A stretch of DNA of 64,000 bases, taken from NCBI GenBank assembly GCA_965208125.1, contig OZ242320.1, positions 5,024,001 through 5,088,000 of the forward strand. Reading direction: 5' to 3'. This DNA comes from Candidatus Latescibacterota bacterium. Its GTDB lineage: Bacteria; Latescibacterota; UBA2968. The notes below the pieces were generated by a model, which saw only the letters and a program-made list of their open reading frames with translations, was not told the origin of the DNA and made no database searches. The translations under genes and the position numbers were made by a program. This document shows positions 9,301 to 19,193 of this stretch, piece after piece. The stretch's first letter is position 1. Every line of letters begins with the position of its first letter.

Positions 9301-10264
9301 CGACTTATGGGAAGCTACGAGTTTCCAACTCGAACGCCAGCAGACCAATCCGTCCTGCGTCGCACAAGAAGAGACTTCCCTACACGCGCGCACAGGCCCC
9401 AAATTTATCGTGCCCTTCGCGCCAACCCCCACGCTACCCGCCATTCTCAATGCCAGTCGCAAGCCCGCAGTCGCCATCGTGCGCGAAGAGGGTAGCAATG
9501 GGGATCGCGAAATGACCTCTGCATTTTTTGCAGCGGGCTTTGAACCCTGGGATGTGACCACCAGCGATCTCTTATCTGGCACTATCGCACTTGACCATCG
9601 GTTCAGAGGCGTCGTATTTGTAGGCGGATTCAGCTATGCCGATGTGCTCGACTCGGCCAAAGGCTGGGCTGGCGTGATTCGCTTCAACGACGGCCTACGT
9701 GTCCAGTTCGATGCCTTCTACAACCGCTCCGATACTTTCAGCCTCGGCGTGTGCAATGGCTGTCAACTTATGGCCCTGCTCGGCTGGGTTCCATTCCCCG
9801 GCCTTGCCAATGCGGTACAACCCCGGTTTATTTGCAACGAATCCGCGCGTTTTGAATCCCGTTTTTCCACTGTGCAAATTCAAGACAGTCCAGCGATTAT
9901 GCTTAAAAACATGGCCGGTGCATCCCTCGGCGTGTGGGTCGCGCATGGAGAAGGCCGCGCATTTTTTCCCTGCACAGACGTACTCGACCGCGTCATAGAC
10001 GAAAATCTCTCCCCCGTGCGCTATGTCGATGACAATAATACCGCGACCGAAGCCTATCCCTTTAACCCAAATGGTTCCCCGCACGGGATAGCCAGTCTTT
10101 GCTCCCCCGATGGTCGCCACCTCGCCATGATGCCCCACCCCGAACGCACCTTTCTCAAATGGCAATGGGGCTATATGCCAGAGAACTGGAAACGCGATCT
10201 TAAAGCTTCTCCGTGGCTTCAAATATTCCAAAACGCTCGCGAGTGGTGTGAGGGTAAAACGTAA
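6359..10264 (+). CDS. purL: Phosphoribosylformylglycinamidine synthase, large single-chain form
   Basis: AQSNSEHCRH, ETHNFPS, GAETGTGGRIRD, GGKDSLSM; glutaminase LGVCNGCQ and MPHPER. Confidence 0.97.
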   Translation: MSLKHFFRIFPTQQHTLLQLSQQHVSAHIQKIETEYCFNVQIDRPLSADQQNRLIYLLSETFEADRFAEQSFLTGHGTILEVGPRMNFSTAWSTNATAICHACGLTQISRIERSRRYLIKPALSMDQQNIFLSLVHDRMTECPYPHPLTSFDSDAKPEPVSEIPLIEEGRRALEKINRTMGLAFDEWDLNYYTDLFLDQIGRNPTNVECFDIAQSNSEHCRHWFFKGRLIIDGEEMTDHLIAMIQSTLKANPNNSTIAFKDNSSAIQGYPIRTIVPTTIGSPSPFAFSDRNCDIIFTAETHNFPSGVAPFPGAETGTGGRIRDVQATGRGALVIAGTAAYCVGNLYIPGYDLPWENPEFQYPDNLATPLQIAIEASNGASDYGNKFGEPLIQGYTRSYGLRLPNGERREWIKPIMFSGGIGQMDARHTNKEKPESQMLITKIGGPAYRIGMGGGAASSMVQGENEAELDFNAVQRGDAEMEQKLNRVIRACVELGDQNPIVSIHDQGAGGNCNVLKEIVEPAGARIDIRAVPVGDKTLSVLEIWGAEYQENNALLIRPEHACLFDALCKREKVIYAFVGKVTGDGRVVVFDSKDNTTPVDLDLEKVLGDMPQKPFKLDRFPLRTEPLTLPDNLTVKKALDRVLRLVSVGSKRFLTNKVDRCVTGLVAQQQCVGPLQLTAADVAVIAQSHFGATGAATAIGEQPIKGLIDPAAMGRLCVGEMLTNIAWARLSAIEDIKCSGNWMWAAKLPGEGAALYDAARALTDILLELGIAIDGGKDSLSMAAIAPGNDGDETVKTPGTLVISGYVTSPDITQTVTPDLKNPDEGLILYVDLGADKHRLGGSSLAHVYEQLGNESPDVDDPALLKRAIGALQSCIAKNYITSGHDRSDGGLITALLEMAFAGNCGIQIDLQTRANEIPALFSEELGLVFEVRPKNLTIVREIFEKAAVPIQTIGTVTSSPDIQISVNNQCILKSPMPELRDLWEATSFQLERQQTNPSCVAQEETSLHARTGPKFIVPFAPTPTLPAILNASRKPAVAIVREEGSNGDREMTSAFFAAGFEPWDVTTSDLLSGTIALDHRFRGVVFVGGFSYADVLDSAKGWAGVIRFNDGLRVQFDAFYNRSDTFSLGVCNGCQLMALLGWVPFPGLANAVQPRFICNESARFESRFSTVQIQDSPAIMLKNMAGASLGVWVAHGEGRAFFPCTDVLDRVIDENLSPVRYVDDNNTATEAYPFNPNGSPHGIASLCSPDGRHLAMMPHPERTFLKWQWGYMPENWKRDLKASPWLQIFQNAREWCEGKT

Positions 10265-10275
10265 AAGGAGACACC

Positions 10276-12597
10276 ATGGACCTCTCCAAATTCCAGGACG
10301 ATACCATTCTCGCTGAATGGATGCTCTCAGACGCCGAACAGGGGACACAAATTGACCTTCCTATGGTAATTGGCGACTGGAACTGCGCCAACGAGATTCG
10401 CGCTGAAATCTTCCTTCCGGACAATGTCGATGACCAGATCTACTGCACTCTCACCTCGGGTCACCGAACAGAAGGCATGAGCGAAGACGATGGCTATCGC
10501 TTCAACGCCATTGCCTCCCCGCGGGGGGGCAACATCTGGCAGGGCTGGCGAGAATTTCGATTTCCCACCGAATGCTTTTACACTCTGGGCATACCCTCTG
10601 GGTGGAGCCAGATGGTCTCGGGCACCATCCACCTCCCATCGGGCAGTCGCATCCGAAATATCCGCCTGGTCCAGCGCGAAATCGCGCGTGGGCCTCGGAT
10701 GACTGACAAAGCTCTGATCAACGCTCTAAACCTGAACTATCCCGGCCTCAAAGCTGTGGCGCAGGCCGGTACAATCCCGGCTCAACTTGCAGAAATCGCG
10801 GCCTACTTTCGGCGTAGCACCTTCAATCGACGTCACGTTATACCCGATCCTCTACCCAGAGCCAATATAGAAGAGGCGGATCGGATTCTCGACGGGCATA
10901 TCATGGACCATTACTGGCCCAATGGCGTCGATTGGGATGCCAATCCGTATGGATATATCGAATGGTCTATCCGTATCCACGGCTTTCCCTATTTCACGCC
11001 GCTCGCACTCGCCTGGGAAGAAACGCGCGACTCTAAATACGCAAAAGCCATCGAAAACATCTTGCGCGACTGGATGCAGAAAACCCCTATGCCCTACGGC
11101 GTGCGCGCCGGTGGCCTGGCCTGGGGGCATTCTCTAATCGTGAGCCAGCGGGCATTCTCCACACTTGTCGATACATTCACTGTACTCTGCGACTGTGCAG
11201 ACACGGAAGACCAGACCATCATAGACCTGCTCAAATCAATCTATGAACACGAAGCCTACCTCTTAAAATTCGAATCCTTCCCTCCCTCCAACAAAACCAT
11301 CTCGGAAGGCCGATCCATGCTTGCAACCGCCTGCTCATTCCCCGAATTTCGGGAATCAGAAGCGTGGTATCAGGCGGCCAGCCAGCAACTCCTGAACGAC
11401 ATGAACATTCAGGTCATGAGAGATGGTGCTTCTTACGAACTCACACCCGGTTACCAGATAGCCATTGCTGCCTGGTTTTTAGAAGTCTTTGAAGTCGCCC
11501 AAAAATTTGGTCGACCTCTGAATCCGGAAATAGAAGCCGGTATCCGGCGGATGTACAACTGGAGTGCCTCTATCAATCGCCCCGATTTCTCCTGTCCCTC
11601 TGTTTCTGACGCCGGCAGCCTGGATGGAAAATTCGCGCGCCGTCTTATCAAACCGGGGCAGGTACTCGGCAATCCAATCGCTTTATGGGTCGGCACGGAA
11701 GGAGAAGAAGGACGTCCTCCTGACTACACCTCTATCGCTCACCGCGACTCTGGCTATTTCGTCATGCGAAGTGGATGGGACCGCGATGCCCGATATTGCC
11801 TCTTTGAAGGCGGTCCCTATGGACGGTTTCACCAGCATGAAGACATGCTTTCCTTCGATCTCTACGCATATGGCCTGCCCTTCATCGTAGATCCCGGCAT
11901 CACTTCCTATTTCCCCAATGAATGGACGTCATTTTACCGCACCACCGAAGCGCACAACACCGTGCTCGTAGATGGTTGCGGACAAAAACGCCGCGAACAG
12001 ACCATCGCCGAATGGATCGAATCCGCCCGCGACAAAACCATCTGGCGAAGTGATGGTCGCGCCGATGTCGCCATCGCCACTTACGATGCCGGATACGCCG
12101 GACTGGACGCAGATATCGCCCACCGCCGCGCCGTCATGTTCGTCAAACCCAATTATTTTCTCATCTTCGACGAACTCACCGGCGAAGGTCAACACACCTA
12201 TGAAGCGTTCTTTCACTTCATGCCCTACCGCGTCCTGATTGATCCCGATACCAGAGCCGTGCGTACAGGGCGTATGACTCCGCCTAATCTCGAGATCCTG
12301 CCCCTTGTCAACATGACGCCCCGGCTTATTTGCGGACAAAACGATCCCGTACAGGGCTGGCTCGCCATCAGCGGTCAGGATGTGCCCGCACCAGTCGCCA
12401 TTTACAAAAAACGCGCAACTCTGCCCTTCCGAACCGGCTATGCTCTCGTCCCCTTCACAGATGGCACTACCGCCAGCGTTACTACCAAAATCACCCGCCG
12501 CGGCGACACCTGGAACGTGCGCATCACCCATCTAGATGCTCATACGGATCACATCAAAATGGACTGGAGTGATACACAGGGGCCGGTACTCATCTAA
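10276..12597 (+). CDS. Heparinase II/III family protein (alginate lyase-like N-domain)
   Basis: DGASYELTPGYQ, SGYFVMRSGW, HQHEDMLSF, DPG, AHNTVLVDG. Confidence 0.85.
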   Translation: MDLSKFQDDTILAEWMLSDAEQGTQIDLPMVIGDWNCANEIRAEIFLPDNVDDQIYCTLTSGHRTEGMSEDDGYRFNAIASPRGGNIWQGWREFRFPTECFYTLGIPSGWSQMVSGTIHLPSGSRIRNIRLVQREIARGPRMTDKALINALNLNYPGLKAVAQAGTIPAQLAEIAAYFRRSTFNRRHVIPDPLPRANIEEADRILDGHIMDHYWPNGVDWDANPYGYIEWSIRIHGFPYFTPLALAWEETRDSKYAKAIENILRDWMQKTPMPYGVRAGGLAWGHSLIVSQRAFSTLVDTFTVLCDCADTEDQTIIDLLKSIYEHEAYLLKFESFPPSNKTISEGRSMLATACSFPEFRESEAWYQAASQQLLNDMNIQVMRDGASYELTPGYQIAIAAWFLEVFEVAQKFGRPLNPEIEAGIRRMYNWSASINRPDFSCPSVSDAGSLDGKFARRLIKPGQVLGNPIALWVGTEGEEGRPPDYTSIAHRDSGYFVMRSGWDRDARYCLFEGGPYGRFHQHEDMLSFDLYAYGLPFIVDPGITSYFPNEWTSFYRTTEAHNTVLVDGCGQKRREQTIAEWIESARDKTIWRSDGRADVAIATYDAGYAGLDADIAHRRAVMFVKPNYFLIFDELTGEGQHTYEAFFHFMPYRVLIDPDTRAVRTGRMTPPNLEILPLVNMTPRLICGQNDPVQGWLAISGQDVPAPVAIYKKRATLPFRTGYALVPFTDGTTASVTTKITRRGDTWNVRITHLDAHTDHIKMDWSDTQGPVLI

Positions 12598-12622
12598 TTT
12601 CTCTCCACTGTAGGAGATTTTC

Positions 12623-14317
12623 ATGCAGACCAACTACGACGTCAACATGCAATTAGACGTAAAAGTGCCCATGCGAGATGGCATCAATCTCTCCGCCGAT
12701 ATCTATCTGCCTCGAGCGCGCGGTAAATTCCCCACCGTGCTCATGCGAACGCCTTATGACAACAATGCCGACAACATGGTGGAAAAAGCCCGACGGCTTG
12801 CCAACAATGGTTATGCCTGTATTATTCAAGACTGCCGCGGGCGGTGGGACTCAGAAGGAGAATATTACGCTTTTCGGGAAGGCGAAGACGGGTACGACAC
12901 TCAGGAATGGATCGGCAAACGGGAATGGTGCAATGGCAACATCGGCATGGCCGGTAGTTCCTATGGCGGCACAGTCCAGTGGCGCAGCGCGCCGTATCGC
13001 AGCCAGTACCTCAAATGCATCACGCCTCGCGTTATATGCACGGACTATTACTCGGGCTTGGTCCACCCCGGCGGCGCTTTCCAGCTCAATGTCATGATGA
13101 CCTGGGGCATGCGCACCAATGCCCGCACCGCGCAGACCATTGAATTCCACAACTGGACCGAAGCCTTCCGCGCACTCCCCCTCATCGAAATGGACGAACA
13201 GGCGGGCCGAAACCTGAATTTCTGGAAAGACTGGGTTGAACACGCCGCTTACGACGACTATTGGGAGCAATTCAACGACGAAACCAAATGGGGTGAAATC
13301 GCCGTCCCCGCGTTCAACATGGGCGGCTGGTACGATCTTTACGCGGCACAGACCTTCACCAACTTCAACGGCTTGCGCCTGCACGGTCGCACCGAAGAAG
13401 CCAAAAAGAGCAAACTCATCGTCGGTCCCTGGCCACATTCTCTCAGCCTATCGCCCAAAACCGGCGACATTGACTTCGGGGCACCGTCAATGGTCGATCT
13501 GGAAAGTCTCGAACAGCGCTGGTTCGACCACTGGCTCAAGGGTATTGATAACGGCATCGCGGATGAACCGCCTTTGCGTCTCTTCATCATGGGCATCAAC
13601 CAGTGGCGCGACGAACGCGAATGGCCGCTTGCGAGAACCCAATGGCAAAAATGGCACCTGCACTCGGGCGGCAGTGCCAACACACTACTCGGCAATGGCA
13701 CGCTCTCCACAGCCTCGCCAGAGAACGAATCGCCTGATCACTACACTTACGACCCGCACTACCCCGTCCCGACAATGGGCGGCAACAACTGTTGCTCACC
13801 GCACATCGTACCGTGGGGTCCCTATGACCAGCGTCCCGTAGAGATGCGAAGCGACGTCCTCTGTTACACTAGCGATCCCCTTGATACAGATCTGGAAGTC
13901 ACGGGTCCCATCAAAGCCGTCATCTATGCCGCTACCGACTGTACAGACACGGACTGGACCGCCAAACTCGTCGATGTATCGCCCACCGGATATGCTATGA
14001 ACCTCTGTGACGGCATTTTGCGAGCGCGCTTTCGAGAAAGCCTCACCAACCCCACCCTGCTCAAACCCGGCAGCATCTATGCCTATGAAATTGACCTTGG
14101 CGTAACCGGAAACGTCTTTAAAAAGGGCCACCGCATTCGCCTCGAAATATCTTCTTCCAATTTTCCTCGGTTTGACCGAAATCTCAATACAGGTGGCTCG
14201 CTGGGACGTGAGACCGAGATGCGCCAGGCCCATCAGACCGTCTATCATTCAAAAGCATATCCTTCTCATATCACGCTACCCGTCATTCCCTCTGGATCAG
14301 GATGGGCAGGATGTTAG
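12623..14317 (+). CDS. CocE/NonD family serine hydrolase
   Basis: PMRDG, LMRTPY, QDCRGR, GSSYGG nucleophile, GGWYD, GPWPH, SSSNFPRFDRN. Confidence 0.92.
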   Translation: MQTNYDVNMQLDVKVPMRDGINLSADIYLPRARGKFPTVLMRTPYDNNADNMVEKARRLANNGYACIIQDCRGRWDSEGEYYAFREGEDGYDTQEWIGKREWCNGNIGMAGSSYGGTVQWRSAPYRSQYLKCITPRVICTDYYSGLVHPGGAFQLNVMMTWGMRTNARTAQTIEFHNWTEAFRALPLIEMDEQAGRNLNFWKDWVEHAAYDDYWEQFNDETKWGEIAVPAFNMGGWYDLYAAQTFTNFNGLRLHGRTEEAKKSKLIVGPWPHSLSLSPKTGDIDFGAPSMVDLESLEQRWFDHWLKGIDNGIADEPPLRLFIMGINQWRDEREWPLARTQWQKWHLHSGGSANTLLGNGTLSTASPENESPDHYTYDPHYPVPTMGGNNCCSPHIVPWGPYDQRPVEMRSDVLCYTSDPLDTDLEVTGPIKAVIYAATDCTDTDWTAKLVDVSPTGYAMNLCDGILRARFRESLTNPTLLKPGSIYAYEIDLGVTGNVFKKGHRIRLEISSSNFPRFDRNLNTGGSLGRETEMRQAHQTVYHSKAYPSHITLPVIPSGSGWAGC

Positions 14318-14330
14318 GATTTACAGGATA
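14294..14330 (+). repeat. Imperfect 9-mer (xxxCAGGAT) tandem repeat overlapping the cocE stop
   Basis: ggatcaggatgggcaggatgttaggatttacaggata. Confidence 0.6.
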
Positions 14331-14381
14331 CCTCCTCGCCCAGCCAGCCACCCGCGTTAAACCCATCGAGCGGAGGATAAT

Positions 14382-15827
14382 ATGCCAGACTCCCGACCAA
14401 ATATCCTGCTCATCATGACCGACCAGCAACGCGGCGACTGTATAGGTCTCGACTCGTGTAGTCCCCCGTGTCTGCAAACACCCAACCTGGACTGGATTGC
14501 CCGCACGGGCACGCACTTTCACCGCGGATACTCCGAATGCCCCAGTTGTATCCCCGCTCGCCGGTGCCTGATGACCGGCACTGCACCCGCAGCAAATGGT
14601 GTTGTCGGATTCAAAAGTGCCCAGTGGCATCCGCCTCACACCCTCGCCGGCGAATTGTCCAGGGCTGGGTATCAAACAGAAATGATCGGCAAACTCCACT
14701 TAAATCCCAAACGCAAGCGCTATGGCTTCGATCACATGCAACTGGCCGATGCCACCCGGGGCGACCACAACGACTATGTCGAATGGCTACAGCAATACCA
14801 CAACCGGAACGAAGTGCATCCCGGTATGGCCCACGGTATTTCCTCCAATGGATGGGTTGGTCGGCCACACCACTTGCCCGAAGAACAGATGCACACCTTC
14901 TGGTGTATCGACAGAGCAATGGACTTTCTCCAAAAACGCGATCCCACAGTCCCGTTTTTTCTCAACATATCCCTTATTGATCCCCATCCTCCTCTTACGC
15001 CTCCTGCCCTCTATTACGACCGCTATATCCAGCGGAACTTACCCGATCCAGTCATTGGGGACTGGGCACCTGAATTTGACGGTCCCCAAAAAGGTCTCGA
15101 TCCCAACGCCTGGCAAATTTGCCTTGACGAACACGACATGCGCTGTTCTCGTGCGGCTTATTACGGTATGATCAACTTTATAGACGACCAGATCGGTCGC
15201 CTCATCCAATATACCGGTGGTCTCAACAACTGCCTGACCATCTTCACATCTGATCACGGCGAAATGCTGGGTGACCACAATCTCTTTCGCAAAACCTGGC
15301 CCTATGAAGCGTCTGCTCGAATTCCATTTCTCATACGCGCCCCTAAAAAATGGGGATACCCCAAAGAAATAACTTGCAAAAGTCCCGTCGGCATCCAGGA
15401 CATCATGCCCACTATCCTCGATGTGGCTGGCATCGACATCCCCGATACCTGCACTGGCAAAAGTCTCCTGCCCGTCATGCAAGGCGACACTGATCGCGTG
15501 CGGGAATTTCTACACGGAGAACACGCTGGCTGCTACGAATACGACCACGGCAACCACTATGTCACAGATGGACACCACAAATACATCTGGTATTCTCAAA
15601 CGGGTGAAGAACACCTTTTCAACCTGAACGAAGACCCTCATGAAACGCGCGATATCGCACGCGAGCACGATGCGGAAAAGAGAATACAACTCTGGCGAAA
15701 TCGTCTCATCGAATTCCTCAAAGACCGTCCAGAAGGTTTTACCGATGGCACGCGCTTAATCCCCAGTCAGCCCCATAAAGAACTCCTGCCGGGCTATGAC
15801 CCCGAAGCGACCTACCCGTATTTGTGA
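14382..15827 (+). CDS. Formylglycine-dependent sulfatase
   Basis: PNILLIMTDQQR, CIPAR (CxPxR), GKLH, FTSDHGEMLGDH. Confidence 0.93.
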   Translation: MPDSRPNILLIMTDQQRGDCIGLDSCSPPCLQTPNLDWIARTGTHFHRGYSECPSCIPARRCLMTGTAPAANGVVGFKSAQWHPPHTLAGELSRAGYQTEMIGKLHLNPKRKRYGFDHMQLADATRGDHNDYVEWLQQYHNRNEVHPGMAHGISSNGWVGRPHHLPEEQMHTFWCIDRAMDFLQKRDPTVPFFLNISLIDPHPPLTPPALYYDRYIQRNLPDPVIGDWAPEFDGPQKGLDPNAWQICLDEHDMRCSRAAYYGMINFIDDQIGRLIQYTGGLNNCLTIFTSDHGEMLGDHNLFRKTWPYEASARIPFLIRAPKKWGYPKEITCKSPVGIQDIMPTILDVAGIDIPDTCTGKSLLPVMQGDTDRVREFLHGEHAGCYEYDHGNHYVTDGHHKYIWYSQTGEEHLFNLNEDPHETRDIAREHDAEKRIQLWRNRLIEFLKDRPEGFTDGTRLIPSQPHKELLPGYDPEATYPYL

Positions 15828-15850
15828 GGAATCATCAATCTGTTTATCCC

Positions 15851-15880
15851 AACCGCCCGACACAACGGGCGGTTTTTTTT
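15851..15880 (+). terminator. Rho-independent terminator
   Basis: aaccgccc-gacacaac-gggcggtt followed by T-run. Confidence 0.85.
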
Positions 15881-15921
15881 ATATCTTTTGAAGCAACTTC
15901 TGTGCATCTTAGCGGTTGAAA

Positions 15922-16026
15922 AAGAAGTAAGAAGTGAGAAGTAAGAAGTGAGAAGTCCACCCAACACTACCCCAAAGGCTGGTACTTCATCATCCTTCAT
16001 CCTTCACACTTCACCCTTCACACTTC
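15922..16026. repeat. Heptamer tandem repeats arranged as inverted arms
   Basis: (RAGAAGT)x5 at 15922-15956, a spacer, then (mCTTCAy)n at about 15984-16026. Confidence 0.8.
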
Positions 16027-16042
16027 CTACCGGAGACACCAA

Positions 16043-18136
16043 ATGATATTGCGAATGCTATTAATTCTCATATTCGTCGCATCAACAAATGCCGCTTGGG
16101 CAAATATCGATTCTTTGCTCATTGCAGCCTCAGATACAACGCGTGCGTTTGATGAACGCGAGTCGCTGTTAAAAGCGGCTGTTAAAAGCGACCCATTGGG
16201 ACGTGCAGCCCACGCGCTGGGGGCATTGTATATGTTGCAGGGCAAAAGTCATGTACACGATGCCGAGCGGTGGTTGAAAAGGGCGATGCAAAAACAGCCG
16301 AATAATGGAAATATCTTGACCTCGCTGGCCGAGTATTACTGGCGCATCGGGCGGCGAACAACCGCCATAGTATATGCAAAACGGGGTATTGAACGCGATC
16401 CCGACAATGTGGGACCATTGTATTGGGCGGCGCGTTTTGAGATGTGGAACATGACCCGGTATCTCAATGCCGAGCGCAAAATTGTGAATTATGGTTCGGA
16501 TTTCGATAGATACAGGAGAACGGTCAGAACATTGAGTTTGGAAAATTACGGCATTGAGGCACGCGATGCTGCCATTGGATATTTGACGCGTGCAATTGAC
16601 AAACATCCAGATCACTGGCCCTCGCATCACTTATTGGGGCTGGTCTATTACGAAGGCCGAATGGCTCATGAATTGATTTCCCTATTTGAAAATTATGTGC
16701 AACGGCATTCCAACGACGCCCATGCACATTTTTTTTTGGGATTGGGTTATCAAGCTGAGGACCGATTGCAAGATGCGTATGCCTCTTATACCAGAGGACT
16801 TGCACGTCTGGTAGAAGAAGAACAACGCTTTATGATGGGCGTGTTTGTGCTCGCCGATCCCGACTCAACTGCGCCAGATTACGCAGCCATTCGCAAATTC
16901 TGGACGGGGCGCGATCCATTGTTTTTAACCGAATACAACGAGCGATTACTCGAACACTGTCGGCGCGTGGCTTATGCTAATTTGCGATTTGGCGATCCTC
17001 TCAAAGGCATTCCCGGATGGACAACAGATAAAGGCCAGGTTTATATCCGCTATGGGCATCCAGTATCTCTGGTTGCGCGGCCTGCGGAATTTCATACCGG
17101 CGTGGATCTGCCCGGGTATATGCAGGATTATCTGGCCTGGCGGGCACGGTGGCAGATGATGTCGCATAATTACGAGCATCGGAAGGAATTGTGGCGATAC
17201 GAAGGCTTTACTATCATTTTTGAAAATACGGACACGCGCGATCACTGGAATTTCCGTCTGGGCTGGTTGGATTCTGAAATGAGTCCCCTGGGCTTTAAGA
17301 TGTTTGTCGAGCGCAAACCCGACCATTTTCGAGACCCGTACTGGCACGAGCGGTACGACGCGCCACATCAGGTAGCGCAATTTCGCGGAGAAAATGATAA
17401 AGCGCGTGTTGAAGTGTATTATGCTCTGGACGCCGATGAGGTCGAAACAAAAGACCTCCGCCCAGGCGTAAAAAGCGTTAATTTGCGCCAGGGCCTGTTC
17501 CTCTTTGACGCCCAATGGGATACTTTGCGCCGGGATATAGGTCGGGTGCAACGCATGCCCATTGTGAAGTACGATGCACTCGGCACGGGCTATTTGCTGG
17601 CAGGTGACCGGCTCAATTTAAAAGCCGGACGTTATTATCTATCGGCAGAAGTTGAGGATCGCATAACAAAATCAGTGGGCGCATTTCGAGATACGCTCGA
17701 TGTAAGACAATTTTCAAAAGAGCAACTGGACGTCAGCGATTTGTTGATCGCGAGGCGTATAGTTGAGCGCGAAGACCGTCCCTTTGGGCGCAATCGTTTT
17801 CTCGTATTATCAAATCCCCTGCGGCAATATGAACACAACGGTCAAGCCGTGGTGTATTTTGAGGTTTACAATTTACAGCGCGACAATTTTGGATCAACCC
17901 ATTACAAGCTCACCTTTCAAGTGCGAGCGCTGAGTGATGCTGGCGATGTAGAGCAGGCAGATTGGGTAACAGCTGTATCTTACGAACAACGTGGCAATCG
18001 CGACTGGGAGCCATTGTTTTTAGCTCTGGCACTGGAAAAAACCATGCCGGGACCCAAAGCACTGCGCGTGGTGGTCGAAGATTTGCAAACTCTGGAAACA
18101 GCGCGTTCTACAACGCAGTTTCGCGTGATGTGGTAA
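16043..18136 (+). CDS. GWxTD domain protein with TPR repeats, secreted
   Basis: Signal peptide, TPR-like helices, RVAYANLRF...PGWTTDKGQVYIRYGHP. Confidence 0.88.
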   Translation: MILRMLLILIFVASTNAAWANIDSLLIAASDTTRAFDERESLLKAAVKSDPLGRAAHALGALYMLQGKSHVHDAERWLKRAMQKQPNNGNILTSLAEYYWRIGRRTTAIVYAKRGIERDPDNVGPLYWAARFEMWNMTRYLNAERKIVNYGSDFDRYRRTVRTLSLENYGIEARDAAIGYLTRAIDKHPDHWPSHHLLGLVYYEGRMAHELISLFENYVQRHSNDAHAHFFLGLGYQAEDRLQDAYASYTRGLARLVEEEQRFMMGVFVLADPDSTAPDYAAIRKFWTGRDPLFLTEYNERLLEHCRRVAYANLRFGDPLKGIPGWTTDKGQVYIRYGHPVSLVARPAEFHTGVDLPGYMQDYLAWRARWQMMSHNYEHRKELWRYEGFTIIFENTDTRDHWNFRLGWLDSEMSPLGFKMFVERKPDHFRDPYWHERYDAPHQVAQFRGENDKARVEVYYALDADEVETKDLRPGVKSVNLRQGLFLFDAQWDTLRRDIGRVQRMPIVKYDALGTGYLLAGDRLNLKAGRYYLSAEVEDRITKSVGAFRDTLDVRQFSKEQLDVSDLLIARRIVEREDRPFGRNRFLVLSNPLRQYEHNGQAVVYFEVYNLQRDNFGSTHYKLTFQVRALSDAGDVEQADWVTAVSYEQRGNRDWEPLFLALALEKTMPGPKALRVVVEDLQTLETARSTTQFRVMW

Positions 18137-18323
18137 CCTCACCACTAAAAGCTCAACTCGGCTTTTGCCGCAGCAATTAAAGCCACCCAAATCAATTTTT
18201 TTTATTTTTTCTTTTTCCATTTGATTGTAACCCAATCTTCACTCGCGCTTAATACCATAGAAACAATGATACCTTATTTTTATGTGTCATTATTCTGCGT
18301 CTCGTTCAGCAAGGAGTTGGATT

Positions 18324-19172
18324 ATGGTCAACGCCTCATCTAAACAATCAGATATCAGTCTCGAATACTACCTCAAAGAACTCTCCCATTCTCACCCCCT
18401 CTCTGCAGCAGAAGAATTTGAACTCGCCGTCAAAATGAAGCGCGGTAACCTCAAAGCGCGCAATCGCCTGATCAAAGCCAACCTGCGTTTTGTGGTCAAC
18501 GTGGCTCTGAAATACCGCAATCAAGGCGTGGCCCTGGCCGATCTGATCAGTGCTGGCAATATTGGCCTCATCACAGCTACCGAACGATTTGACGAAACGC
18601 GCGGTTTCAAATTTATCTCGTATGCTGTCTGGTGGATTCGCCAGTCTATTTTACAAACGCTCGCCGAACAAGGACGCATGATCCGCTTGCCCATCAACAG
18701 ACTGGATATGCTGCGTCGGATTAAAAATTTCAGCGATCAGTATCAGTGCAATGAAGGCCGCATGCCTACAGAGGCAGAAATCGCCAATGAATTTCACATC
18801 ACCGAAGATCAGGTCAGCGATATGCTGTCTCACAGCCCGATCGTATTTTCTCTGGACAAACCGATTCAGGACGAAGATACAACCCTCATCGATTTGATGC
18901 ACGACGAAGATCAGGCCCCACCAGATGCTGCTATGTTTCACAATGCCCTGAGAGATGAAGTCAACGACCTGCTCCATACCCTGGATAATCGTGAAGCCGA
19001 CGTTATCCGTCTCTATTTTGGTCTCGATGGTTCCAGTTGGACACTTCAGGCCATAGCCAACAAATATAGCCTCACGCGCGAGCGCGTGCGCCAAATCAAA
19101 GAAAAAGCCCTGCGCAAATTGCGTCACCCCTCTCGGGGACGCAAGCTCATTGCGTATGCAGAAGCCAGCTAA
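18324..19172 (+). CDS. RpoD/SigA-family sigma factor lacking region 1.1
   Basis: ANLRFVVNVA, DLISAGNIGL, GFKFISYAVWWIRQSI, LTRERVRQIKEKAL; RBS AAGGAG before ATG 18324. Confidence 0.93.
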   Translation: MVNASSKQSDISLEYYLKELSHSHPLSAAEEFELAVKMKRGNLKARNRLIKANLRFVVNVALKYRNQGVALADLISAGNIGLITATERFDETRGFKFISYAVWWIRQSILQTLAEQGRMIRLPINRLDMLRRIKNFSDQYQCNEGRMPTEAEIANEFHITEDQVSDMLSHSPIVFSLDKPIQDEDTTLIDLMHDEDQAPPDAAMFHNALRDEVNDLLHTLDNREADVIRLYFGLDGSSWTLQAIANKYSLTRERVRQIKEKALRKLRHPSRGRKLIAYAEAS

Positions 19173-19193
19173 CGCATTATCTGATAAAAAATG

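Noticed and set aside
15922-16026. Possible CRISPR array
   Set aside because: Units are 7 nt with no 25-40 nt repeat/spacer alternation, and no cas genes are present.
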